Positions 23,217 to 34,740 of a stretch of DNA of 64,000 nt are shown piece by piece. The position numbers and the translations under genes are program-made. Source of the DNA: Octopus sinensis (taxonomy: Eukaryota); the NCBI RefSeq assembly GCF_006345805.1, contig NC_043013.1, positions 45,508,001-45,572,000 of the forward strand, given 5' to 3'. Numbering within the stretch: position 1 is the stretch's first letter; the number at the start of each line of letters is the position of its first letter. The notes under the pieces are model-generated. The model had not been told where the DNA came from. It ran no database searches and saw only the letters and a program-made list of their open reading frames with translations.

Positions 23217-24153
23217 TATATCTAGATGTATATAATTATATATATGTATACATCAGGCATGTGCTGTCAGTAATTACTCAGGGTAGGCAGTTGGTCACCT
23301 TTATGTAGTAAAGCACACAAAAAATAAGCAAAACACAGGTACGTGACTGAGTTGTAGGCAGATTTACTTCTGCCTTTATAGTATGCAAAGAAAACGTTGT
23401 AGGAATGTACACAGCACGAGTACTACAGCAGTACTATGTGTAGCTTAAATACTGAGATTGAAAAGCAGGGTCGAATTATGCCTAATTAATCTGCAAAAAA
23501 AAAGAAGATATTTTGCATTTTATGCATAGTAATCAGAATAGCCTTCATAATTTTATTGCCATGAAAGGAAAATGTCAATTTTTGCCCTGAAGAGATTTCT
23601 ACCTTTTAAATGCATAATGCAATCTTAATTGCAAAATATCAATGAAAGTAAGGAATTGAAATGTATGTAGGCAATATGAAATTGACAATTATATAAATAA
23701 ATTGATTTTTTTTTCTGTGTGCAAACCCTCCAATTTCTATATATTGTACTATTAAAATTCTGTTCTCTTATATCAAATGGATGAAAATGTTTATAACTAC
23801 AACTGGTACATCATTAGTGCTAACACTAATATGAACACAAATTAATGAAACCCAAAGTATATTAATTGATATGGAGCTAAACCGGTGTTTGCTTGGATAA
23901 TATTCATCCCTGTAAAAGAACTACCTCTTTCCATTCAAAACTTCATAAACACTCATTATATATGTATATACACATCTATATAACTCCAAGAAAGTTAGGA
24001 GTGTGAATCCAACCAACTAAGGGATAATATCTATCCAATATACTTCTGGTAGAATATCCAATTATTAATACACAAGTGTTTTTTATTGCATTGCAATTAC
24101 ATTACCTAGTGTATTAAATGGATGAAGGTAAATAGATATTTTACCATTAATTT

Positions 24154-24567
24154 ATATCGCAAATAAGAAAATGGCAGAGAACAATAGGTGGTTCATCAAC
24201 TTTTGGACATTAAAATGTTCACTTATTTATTTATTAAACTGATAATTATAATTAACAACATACATACATATAGCATAAATATTAATTCTTTAATATAAGT
24301 ATCCTTGGGTAGGATAGGTATGTCCTTTAATGACGAGTCCAGACCCTCAAAATGAATACTGTTGGAAAAATGGAGTTCATAAAGATGGACTCGTCACTGA
24401 AGAACATACCTATCCCACCTGAGGATACTTATATTAAAGAATTAATATTTATGCTATATGTATGTATGTTGTTAATTATAATTATCAGTTTAATAAATAA
24501 ATAAGTTAACATTTTAATGTCCAAAAGTTGATGAACCACCTATTGTTCTCCGCCATTTTCTTATTTG

Positions 24568-24573
<6 letters not shown>
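24154..24573. repeat. Inverted repeat with 188-bp arms and a 44-bp spacer (probable Penelope-like terminal region)
   Basis: 24154-24341 is the near-perfect reverse complement of 24386-24573. A related sequence lies at about 33500-33575. Confidence 0.85.
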
Positions 24574-24605
<32 letters not shown>

Positions 24606-24624
24606 ACCATTCCGAAATATAACA

Positions 24625-24669
<45 letters not shown>

Positions 24670-24766
24670 GGAGTAAACACATAAATGTGAAACAAGGTGG
24701 AAAAAAGAGTACGCAAATACCAGTGGTAGAGTAATATGCTTTATTTAAAGCAGCAGAAAATTCAAC

Positions 24767-24814
24767 AAAACCTGTTACTCTGAGTTTCCCGTTGCCGTTC
24801 ATCGGACAGTTTTT
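24767..24814 (-). ncRNA. Candidate minimal type I hammerhead ribozyme (U4C variant), Penelope-type
   Basis: AAAAACUGU-CCGAUGA-A-CG-GCAA-CG-G-GAA-ACUC-A-GAGU-A|ACAGGUUUU. Stem I pairs 8 of 9; cleavage triplet GUA. Confidence 0.55.
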
Positions 24815-25400
24815 GCTAGCTAGCAAATGAACGGCAATGGGAAACTCAGAGTAACAGGTTTTGTTGAATTTTCTGCTGCTTTAAATAAAGTATATATATA
24901 TATATATTATTCAAAACAGTTTGATTCTTCTGTTCCATGCAGCTAAAAGTTCTGCAGGCCACCAACAGAAGCCCATCTCTTGTTACTTCCTCATCCTGCT
25001 CTCTTCTACATTTCTCTATCTTCCTCAGCTCATGACTCACTGGCCATCCACCCTTCAATGCCACCCAATGTTTACAGTTGCAGTCTACCTTCCCACTCTT
25101 TCTTCTCCTGCTTTCCAGACAATCTTGTGCCCCACCTCACACCTCCATTCACACCATACCTTGTGGGTCCACCTGCACACTCCATCTCCACTATTTATCT
25201 CTATATACCTCATACTGTGCATTCTCTCCCTCTCTTCTGTACATGAACAGCCATGCAACACCTCTACAAGAACCTGCTCTGTCCCCAACCTTCTTGTCCT
25301 CTAGCATAAAGTCACTCTCTTTCCTCAGGCCTCGTTGTTTCGTGAGCTGCATGAAAATCTCAGCAGTGCTGTTGGCATGAAAAAGGCATCCAGCACATAC

Positions 25401-26285
25401 TTATTTCTTTATTGCCCACAAGGGGCTAAACATAGAGGAGACAAACAAGGACAGACAAATGGATTAAGTCGATTACATCGACCCCAGTGTGTAACTGGTA
25501 CTTAATTTATCGACCTTGAAAGGATGAAAGGCAAAGTCAACCTAGGTGGAATTTGAACTCGGAACGTAAAGACAGACGAAATACCTATTTCTTTACTACC
25601 CACAAGGGGCTAAACATAGAGGGGACAAACAAGGACAGACAAATGGATTAAGTCGATTACATCAACCCCAGTGCGTAACTGGTACTTAATTTATCGACCC
25701 CGAAAGGATGGAAAGCAAAGTCAACCTCAGCGGAATTTGAACTCGGAATGTAAAGACAGACGAAATACCTATTTCTTTATGACTCACAAGAGGCTAAACA
25801 TAGAGGGGACAAACAAGGACAGACAAAGGGATTAAGTCAATTACATCGACCCCCAGTGCGTAACTGGTACTTAATTTATCGACCCCGAAAGGATGAAAAG
25901 CAAAGTCAACCTCGGCTAAACACAGAGGGGACAAACAAAGACAGACAAACAGATCAAGTCGATTACATCGACCCCCAGTGTGTAACTGGTACTTAATTTA
26001 TCGACTCCGAAAGGATGAAAAGCAAAGTCAACCTCGGTGGAATTTGAACTCGGAACGTAAAGACAGACGAAATACCTATTTCTTTACTACCCACAAGGGG
26101 CTAAACACAGAGGGGACAAACAAGGACAGATAAATGGATCAAGTCGATTACATCGACCATAGTGCATTACTGGTACTTGATTTATCGACCCCGAAAGGAT
26201 GAAAGGCAAAGTCGATCTCGGCGGAATTTGAACTCGGAGCGTAAAGACAGACGAAGTACCGCTAAGCATTTCGCCCGGCATGCTA
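25401..26285 (-). mobile_element. SINE family A pentamer (one head + 5 body units, one internal deletion junction)
   Basis: Repeated GACGAAATAC|CTATTTCTT junctions; one junction CCTCGG|CTAAACACAG skips part of a unit. Confidence 0.9.
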
Positions 26286-26659
26286 GGTGTTAAGAAGAGC
26301 ATCCAGAAACCATGCCAAAGCAGATACAGGAGCACAATGCTGTTTTTAGACTCTTCAAATCCTGATGAACTGTTCAGCAAGTGCCAGAGTGTCAACATGG
26401 TAAATGGATGTTAAATGATGATGATAATGACAATATACATATATATATATATTGGACCTATCCACCACAGCAGTATTGAAAGCGGTGCTGGTGCCATGTT
26501 GAAAGCACTGTAAAGTAGTTGGCATTAGAAAGGACATCCAGCCATAGAAACCATGCCAGTATAGACAATGGAGCCTGGTGTGGCTCCTGGCCTTACCACC
26601 TCTAGTCCAATCGTCCAACCCATGCAAGCATGGAAAAAGGATGTTAAATGATGATGATA

Positions 26660-26694
<35 letters not shown>

Positions 26695-27408
26695 ATTATA
26701 TAAACCTACACATCTACATGATAAATATGGAACAGAGTTAAGCATATCAAACAAACATATATAAAAGCATGAATTTAGTTCTCAGATAAATCCTCTTTCT
26801 GCAACCTAAACTCATTGTATGCTTTGATAGCCAACTCCACCAATGGGACAGTAATAATAGCATGGTACTATTTTACATGTGCAACATGGTCTATGATTAG
26901 TCACTATTTTGAAAGAACTGAAATAGGAATTGGATGAAATGAATAGAAACTCATTTTGAGCTTGTCAATCATTTTGTCAAGATAAAAAATGCCACCAGAA
27001 AACTCAGTTGTGAAGTAAAAGACCTGACAAAGATGTATTAATTCTTTGGCATTCAAATCCCTTTATCAAACACAATGCCTGTTTATTCACATTGATTAGT
27101 ATTAGTCATGTATTGCTTTGTAACTTTGAGATCTCAATGACATGGTTGTTTATTTTCAGAATAATATTCTAGGAAAAGTGCAAGAGGCTGGGCCAGTTTG
27201 AAGATACAACAGGACTGAATATTTCGGCTGGATATGGCCTGATTAAATGTGAAAGGGTCAAATACAGAATTTGGGTGTATAAGTGGAACATATTCCAATT
27301 AATTAAATTCAAGAAATAAAACCATAAAATGCTCTCAGTAAATAGTTAATGAATTAAGTGATGTGGAGCTGCAACACTAATGTACGTAGCTAATATGGAA
27401 TAGGTGGA

Positions 27409-27642
27409 GGCACGTTTGTACAGAGACCATGTCTCACGTGAGTAGAGGAGCGATGACAGTACACATGCACGGTACACAGCAACTATTGTTTGCCTTGCGA
27501 TGCCATGTTGGGACCAGACACGAGACTAAAGAGACCGGAAAGAATCAGTTGCTCTCTGCAGCCTGAAAGATATTTCCTCATCCAGGGTGCAAGAACGGCT
27601 GAGTGTGCTGCCCAGGTAGACAAACTTGTCAACTATCTTCAG
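27409..27642 (-). mobile_element. RTE/BovB-type LINE ORF fragment, region just C-terminal to the RT core
   Basis: Minus translation LKIVDKFVYLGSTLSRSCTLDEEISFRLQRATDSFRSL*SRVWSQHGIARQTIVAVYRACVLSSLLYSRETWSLYKRA. Confidence 0.85.
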
Positions 27643-27644
27643 AA

Positions 27645-28345
27645 TTGTTCCTTCAACCAAGATAGCTGGTTCCAAATATGGATTTCCTGGTGCAGGAAAT
27701 TACAACAGTCTTGTCCGTCTGAATGGGTGTCTCGTAAATGATGTCCTATCTGAATCTCAATGTGGCTTCCAATCTGGTAGAGGGACAATGGATATGATTT
27801 TCACAGCAAGACAGATGCAGAAGAAGTGCTATGAGCAGAATATGGATCTTGTCCAGGTATTGATTGATTTAACAAAGGCCTTTGATACTGTAAATAGGGC
27901 CTTTCTATGGAAAATACTTGGCAAACTTGGATGTCCGGATCACTTTGTATCTATAATTAAATCATTTCATGATTGGATGGAGGCTTGGGTCAATGCTGGT
28001 GGTGCCATGGCGGGACCCATTCCTGTAGAGAATGGTGTCAAGCAGGGTGACATCCTTGCCCCAACTCTCTTTTCTTTGTACTTTGCTGCTGTTTTTACTC
28101 ATGCTTTTGCTAAGGTTAGCTCTCTGGGAATATATGTCAGATATTGATCTTCTGGCCGCCTCTTTAATCTTCGCCGATTTTCTGCCAATTCAAAGGTTTC
28201 CCAGTCTATTATTCGTGACCTCCTTTATGCAGATGACTGTGACTTAGTCACTCATACAGTGGATGACATGCAAATACTCATGAATTGCATTTCTGCTTCT
28301 TGCAGGGCATTTGGATTCAGCATTAGCCTGGACAAGACTGTTGTA
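27645..28345 (+). mobile_element. RTE/BovB-type LINE reverse transcriptase fragment (pseudogene)
   Basis: ESQCGFQSGRGTMDMIFTARQMQKKCYEQ, DLTKAFDTVNR, GVKQGDILAPTLFSLY, a premature TGA at 28145, then LLYADDCDL...SLDKTVV. Confidence 0.92.
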
Positions 28346-28716
28346 ATATATATATATATATATATATACATACACACACACACACATCAAAAGTATGTGT
28401 TATAATACTATTCCACATATACAAACACAGCCATACCAACAATCCAACATACCTACATCATTAGCTGTCTTACAGATACTATTATGGTTTTGACACTTGG
28501 GCAGTACTACTCAATCCAATGGTGTCAACAGCACTAAAATAAGTGTTGTCTGGGAACAAACATAACAAAGAAACCATAACTTTCAAGCACATTTACCCTA
28601 CATACAACAGTATCGGTAGCTAAATTCATTAAGTAAATCAATAACCAACTCCTAGATATGTAACTAAGCAGAAACCAAACATTTAAGTCATACATATTAT
28701 TCCCCACTGTCTTCCA

Positions 28717-29152
28717 GGATCTTTTCGGTTTGAATGGCAGTTTTTTCTAGCGGTGTCATGTGAAATTGTCACCCATAATTATGACCCTAGTATCGATCTA
28801 TTGCATTTCAATCTGTTTTAGGGTTAGGGATAGTTAGGGTTAGGGTTAGTTAGGGGTGGGGGGAAGGGTATTTTTTTTCTTCACAAATGTAAATAAACCC
28901 AATCTGTTTCTTAAACGAGGGATATATTCATACTGCACAGAATGTTTTTTACATCAACAGAGGTCATTGATTGGTTGAAATTGCAGAAATTGAAGAAAAA
29001 ACCCCACAAATATCTTACAAACTATAGAATTTTCTCAATAAAACCAAGAGAAAAAGATGTTTTATAAACACATTCTACCAGTATATGAAGTTTAAAATTT
29101 TTAAGTTACCCAGAAATTATGTTAAAAACTACCGTTCAAACCGAAAAGATCC
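28717..29152. mobile_element. MITE, GG-initiated TIRs with an 8-bp TSD (Merlin-like), internal (TTAGGG)-like repeats
   Basis: GTCTTCCA|GGATCTTTTCGGTTTGAA ... TTCAAACCGAAAAGATCC|GTCTTCCA (TSD 28709-28716 and 29153-29160). Confidence 0.88.
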
Positions 29153-29821
29153 GTCTTCCATAATTTAATATAAAAGTGAAAACTTAATAACAACATTCGT
29201 TCAATCTAAATATAGGAAATATTAAACACTAACTTTAAAATTAAACTACAACAAAGAAACACATAAATCTATGTATATCTGTATTGGTATTAATAGTAAA
29301 CCTATAGTAACTACATTATATACTAAACAGCGACCGATATTTAAGTCATGCAAATAATAATCCCACCAGTCTTCCATAGTTACTACTATAATAAAAAAAG
29401 TGAAAGTTTTATTTCAATTCTCTCCAAAACAAAACATGATTGAATTTAAATTTAACATAGAGTATCTTTTCCATTGTGCCTCAGTTTTATGAATGTTTCA
29501 TTTTTCTCTCTTTTATCTTTCTCTCCCCCTCCTTATCCCACCACTTATGTCTCTTAAAAACTATTTCTTTTCCACCCACACACTCAAATCATTCATAAAA
29601 ATATTTATTTATATACAACAAAGGCATACTAATAGACCATGGGTGTGCACAGCTCCTCTTGTAAGACGATCCACAAATAATTGCATATGACTTGGAAAAC
29701 CAAACTAGTTTACAATCTTATGAAGGTTTTATAACCAAAATATGGAAATAACATTAACTTGTAAAAGGGAAATAAATATGTAGAAATGTGCATGTGTGTA
29801 TGTACATGTAATATATATATA

Positions 29822-30207
29822 TATATAGAAGAGAGGTTGTGTGCTGTCTGTCTCCTACGATTTAGATTCCTAACTACTCCCACATTTTGCGATGCAGTTT
29901 AACCAAAACCGGGTATCTTATAGTCGTGATTCCTATCGAGCCCTTCTGGGTATTAGCACACGTCTACAATGAGTCTACGATTTAAAAAAAATTTACTATC
30001 AATTTTTCCCATTTTTAATGCATTTTAGGCATATATAAGGGAAGTAACTCTCTAAAAACTTATTAAATCTCAGAACGTAAAAAGCTACAGTAACACCCCC
30101 ACTTTGTGGTTAGCCATATTGAGATGGCTATTATACTTTACATCTCTAATAATGCTTATATAGTTATTTCCCTTACAAACCCGAGCAACGCCGGGCGATA
30201 CTGCTAG
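29822..30207 (+). mobile_element. Non-autonomous Helitron
   Basis: 3' hairpin CCCGAGCAACGCCGGG followed by CTAG|T at 30207; the 5' end merges into (AT)n. Confidence 0.85.
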
Positions 30208-30216
30208 TATATATAT

Positions 30217-30437
30217 ATTTTATAATTAGGGTTCAGCAAAGATTTGCTTTACCACATACCGAAGTTTAGAAATAGCAGCCAAAAGACCTTAGCTATTTCC
30301 TCTACTCTGTTTTCGAATACTTTGTATTTTGAGAGTCGCTTTTTAAAGTAGAGGAAATAGCTAAGGTTTTTTTGGCTGTTATTTCTAAACTTCGGTATGT
30401 GGTAAAGCAAATCTTTGCTGAACCCTAATTATAAAAT
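30217..30437. repeat. Foldback element with about 90-bp arms and a 40-bp spacer (MITE-like)
   Basis: 30217-30306 is the near-perfect reverse complement of 30347-30437. Confidence 0.85.
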
Positions 30438-30543
30438 ATTACTTAAGTTTACCGAGAAATGGTCCTTTTTCATGCCGAATTCTACTTGGTGAAATTATTG
30501 ATTACTAGTTAATTAATTAATTTTACCCTTCGTTATTATTGAT

Positions 30544-30594
<51 letters not shown>

Positions 30595-30631
30595 AACATA
30601 CACACAGAGAAAATATTAGGAGTTTTCATCA

Positions 30632-31475
30632 TCATCATCGTTTAACGTCCGCTTTCCATGCAAGCATGGGTTGGACGGTTCAACTGGGATCTGGGGACCC
30701 CGAAGGCTGCACCAAGCCAGTCAGATCTGGCAGTGTTTCTACAGCTGGATGCCCTTCCTAACGCCAACCACTCCGAGAGTGTAGTGGGTGATTTTATGTG
30801 CCACCGACACAGGTGCCAGACGAGGCTGGCGAACGGCCACGCTCAAATGGTGTTTTTTATGTGCCACCGACACAGGTGCCAGACGAGGCTGGCGGACGGC
30901 CATGCTCGGATGGTGTTTTTTATGTGCCACCGACACAGGTGCCAGACGAGGCTGGCGAACGGCCACGCTCAAATGGTGTTTTTTATGTGCCACCGACACA
31001 GGTGCCAGACGAGGCTGGCGGACGGCCACGCTCGGATGGTGTTTTTTATGTGCCACCGACACAGGTGCCAGACGAGGCTGGCGGACGGCCATGCTCGGAT
31101 GGTGTTTTTTATGTGCCACCGACACAGGTGCCAGACGAGGCTGGCGGACGGCCATGCTCGGATGGTGTTTTTTATGTGCCACCGACACAGGTGCCAGACG
31201 AGGCTGGCGAATGGCCACAATCGGATGGTGTTTGTTACGTGCCCACAGCACGGAGGCCGGTCGATGCGGTACTGGCTACGGCCACGTTCGGATGGTTTTC
31301 TTATGTGCCACCAGCACTGGTACCACAAAGATACAAATTCCATTGATGTTCATCTATTTTGATTTGGTTTGATTTTCACTTGCCTCAACAGGTCTTCACA
31401 AGTGTCCCAAGAAGGAAGGTATGCACAGGTGGACTGGCTACGTCCCAGGTAGGGGCCACGGGTTATATATATATA
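30632..31475 (-). mobile_element. SINE-like family C, long copy with an expanded internal 63-bp VNTR
   Basis: 14-bp TSD AGGAGTTTTCATCA (30618-30631, 31476-31489); (ATG)n tail; 7 near-identical 63-bp units at 30796-31236 plus 2 diverged units. Confidence 0.92.
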
Positions 31476-31555
31476 AGGAGTTTTCATCAACCAACTTAAA
31501 ATAATAGATATATACTATGAGTGCTGTGTTTGGTTTACACCAGTCTCACTCCTCC

Positions 31556-31643
31556 CTCTCTGATGATGGGTTACTCAGCCAATGGAATCCTCACTTGATA
31601 TGATGGTTCACATGCTTGGTTATTCTAGAAACAGCTGTAAGAG
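31556..31643 (+). ncRNA. Candidate type I hammerhead ribozyme with a canonical core
   Basis: CUCU-CUGAUGA (31560-66), imperfect long stem II, GAA-ACAGCUGU (palindromic stem III), A|AGAG; stem I is 4 bp. Confidence 0.6.
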
Positions 31644-31665
31644 ACTCTGTATACTCTGTTACTCT

Positions 31666-32066
31666 CTGTTACTTGTTTCAGTCATTTGACTGCGGCCATG
31701 CTGGAGTACCGCCTTTAATCAAGCAACTCGACCCCGGGACTTATTCTTTGTAAGCCCAGTACTTATTCTATCGGTCTCTTTTGCCGAACTGCTAAGTAAC
31801 GGGGACATAAACACACCAGCATCGGTTGTCAAGCAAAGCTAGTGGGACAAACACAGACACACAAACATACATGCACACACATATATATATACATATATAC
31901 GACGGGCTTCTTTCAGTTTCCGTCTACCAAATCCACTCACAAGGCTTTGGTCGGCCCAAGGCTATAGCAGAAGACACTTGCCCAAAGTGCCACGCAGTGG
32001 GACTGAACCTGGGACCATGTGGTTGGTAAGCAAGCTACTTACCACACAGCCATTCCTGCGCCTATA
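31666..32066 (-). mobile_element. SINE family B, near intact
   Basis: Full head, CORE-like motif, microsatellite and 3' module. Confidence 0.9.
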
Positions 32067-32069
32067 TGC

Positions 32070-32465
32070 ATATATCATCAAATAGCGAAAAGGAATCACC
32101 AATGGTTGACTGAAAATGGGATCAAAAAGCTTCCTTGGCCGAGCCAATCTCCTGACATGAACCCAATTGAAAATCTTTGGAGTATACTAGATATAACAGT
32201 ACGAAAAACTCGACAGAAACCTAAATCTAAAGATGAATTGTTTCGATTGTTGCGTGAAAAGTGGGCAGAAATTCCACAAGAGACAATCACAAAGCTCATC
32301 AGTTCAATGCCAAAAAGACATTCTGAACTAAAAACTGCAAACGGAATGTCAACTAAATACTAAAGTATGTAGTCCTACCTGTTTATTACATTTCAATTGT
32401 TCACTTTGTGTATTAAGTAAAAGATTTTGAAAATTAAAAGTGTCTCTTTACTTCCTTCATGTCTG
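32070..32465 (+). mobile_element. Tc1 transposase C-terminal fragment and 3' end
   Basis: WPSQSPDMNPIENLW...ISSMPKRHSELKTANGMSTKY*. Confidence 0.88.
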
Positions 32466-32598
32466 TTTGTGTGTGTGTGTGTGTGTTCCTCATGTATATA
32501 CAGTTTCACTCTTACATAACTAAAATAACTTTAAGATATATTGATTTTATAAATTACAATATAACTTTCTCATACCTCTGTTTATATTTTATCTAATA

Positions 32599-33068
32599 CT
32601 AGCAGTATCGCCCGGCGTTGCTCGGGTTTGTAAGGGAAATAACTATATAAGCATTTTTAGAGAGTTACTTCCTTTATAGATGCCAATTCGGGCTTTCTTA
32701 GCCATTTTTGTTTTGGTGTCTTCAAGCCATGAAGTCGTTGTTCTAAAAGAACGCTGGTCTCCTTGACAACGCATTACAACGTTGATTTCCTTAAACTCCC
32801 TTCCCCACAGCTTCACGATGGAGGGAAGAAGGGGGAGAAGCAAACACAGGTGCAGGTGTTTGAGCGTGGACGCCAACTCCGCCGCCATCGACACACGAAA
32901 AATTATGCATTAAAATGGAATAAAAAATGATGTTAAATTATTTTTTAAATCGTAGACTCATCGTAGACGCGCGCTAATACTCAGACGGGCTCGATATTAA
33001 TCACGACTATAAGATACCCGAATTTGGTTAAACTGCACCGCAAAATGTGGGAGGAGTTAGGAATCTAA
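32599..33068 (-). mobile_element. Non-autonomous Helitron, same family as 29822-30207, different internal segment
   Basis: Identical 3' hairpin and CTAG|T at 32599; shared 5' block GATTCCTAACT..CCCACATTTTGCG. Confidence 0.88.
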
Positions 33069-33252
33069 TAATAATAATAATAATTGATTCTTGTGTATGC
33101 ATATACATGCATATACATTTAAGTGTAGGTATATGTATTTATGTATATGTATGTATATGTATAAGTATGTATATGTATATGTATAAGTATGTATATGTGT
33201 GTGTATTTATATTCATTTATTTATATTTATAACTTAACCTCATGTACTTTCT

Positions 33253-33385
33253 AAAAATCTCTGATGAAGCCTAGAGAAACACCCAAGTACCTTAATTTCA
33301 TTTACTAATTACTTCAGTCTACTGGAGGGATAAAGGTAGAATAAAGTATTTTTACCTCTTGGCTGAAACAGCTGTAAGATATTTT
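33253..33385 (+). ncRNA. Candidate type I hammerhead ribozyme with a canonical core and an about 80-nt stem II loop
   Basis: AAAAAUCU-CUGAUGA (33261-67), stem II AGCCUAGAG/CUCUUGGCU (8 of 9 pairs), GAA-ACAGCUGU-A|AGAUAUUUU. Confidence 0.68.
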
Positions 33386-33589
33386 CCCAATTTCTATTGG
33401 TCTATGTTATATATTTTAATAATTACTGATATTTTTATATATCATATATGTAAAGCATAATATGTTATACATGTATGTATATTGTTGTAATTGTCCTTTT
33501 AGTAAATAAATAAATTGACATAATATAATGTCTAAAAGTTGATGAATGCCACCTCTTGATCCACTCCATTTTTTTTATTGTTCTCTCTA

Positions 33590-33624
<35 letters not shown>

Positions 33625-33842
33625 ATGTGTATGTGTTTGTCCCTCCACCATCACTTGATGTGTTTACGTCGCCATAACTTAGCAGTTCGACAAAAGAGAG
33701 CAATAAAATAAGTACTAGGCTCACAAAGAATAAGTTATGGTGTCAATTTGCTTGACTTTTAGCCAGTGCTCCAGCATACACACAGTCAAATGACTGAAAC
33801 AAATAATGGAATAAAGAATATATATTACACACATGCACACAC

Positions 33843-33935
33843 ACATTATTATTATTATTGTTGTTATTATTTTTATTATTATTATTATTGTTGTTGTTGT
33901 TATTGTTATTATTATTATTATTATTATTGTTATTA

Positions 33936-33976
<41 letters not shown>

Positions 33977-34055
33977 GTTATTATTATTATCTTTATTATT
34001 ATTATTATTATTGTTGTTGTTGTTGTTATTATTATTATCATTATTATTATTGTTA

Positions 34056-34149
<94 letters not shown>

Positions 34150-34176
34150 TATTATTATGATGATGATGATGATGAT
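33843..34176. repeat. Long mixed (ATT/GTT)n microsatellite ending in (GAT)n
   Basis: Directly visible; explains the poly-I/L/Y ORFs. Confidence 0.95.
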
Positions 34177-34740
34177 TAAAGCTGAAAAATATTTCAGAAA
34201 CTGTTACTCAGAGTTTCATGTTTCATCATACACTTGTAATACAGATTAGGAATGGAAATTTATGAATTGTGAGTATATTCATAAATATACTCCCATGCAC
34301 CAAATGGCAATTGCTAAAAAAGCATTCGTGAAGTAAAATCATGCAGCAACACCGAATGGCGGTGCCCCAGCATGGCCACAGCTCGTGAGCTGAAACTAGA
34401 TGAAATGAAATGAAAGGAAATGATATATAATCTTTTATGGATACCAGTTCAATGAACAGGCATTTCAATCTGATTAGGTCACTGATTTTAAGAAAATAAT
34501 GACATATAATTGGATACAGGTGAGGATTGAGCACAGTAGAGAAATAGATATGTAGGTCCAGGTGTGGTTGTGTGGTAATAAGCTTGCTTTGTAACCAAAT
34601 GGTTCCAGGTTCAGTTCCACTGTACAGCACCTTGGGAAAATGTCTTCTTCTACAGCCTGAGGCCAACCGAAGTCTTGTGAGTGGATTTGGTAGACAGAAA
34701 CTGAAAGAAGCTCATTATATATATATATATGGAGAGCTTT

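Noticed and set aside
30658-31372. Overlapping 124-234-aa repetitive ORFs (MCHRHRCQTRLADGHAR... etc.)
   Set aside because: They are a by-product of the 63-bp (21-codon) VNTR inside a TSD-bounded SINE and are open in several frames on both strands.
33721-34249. Poly-I/Y/L ORFs
   Set aside because: Trinucleotide microsatellite with no coding signal.
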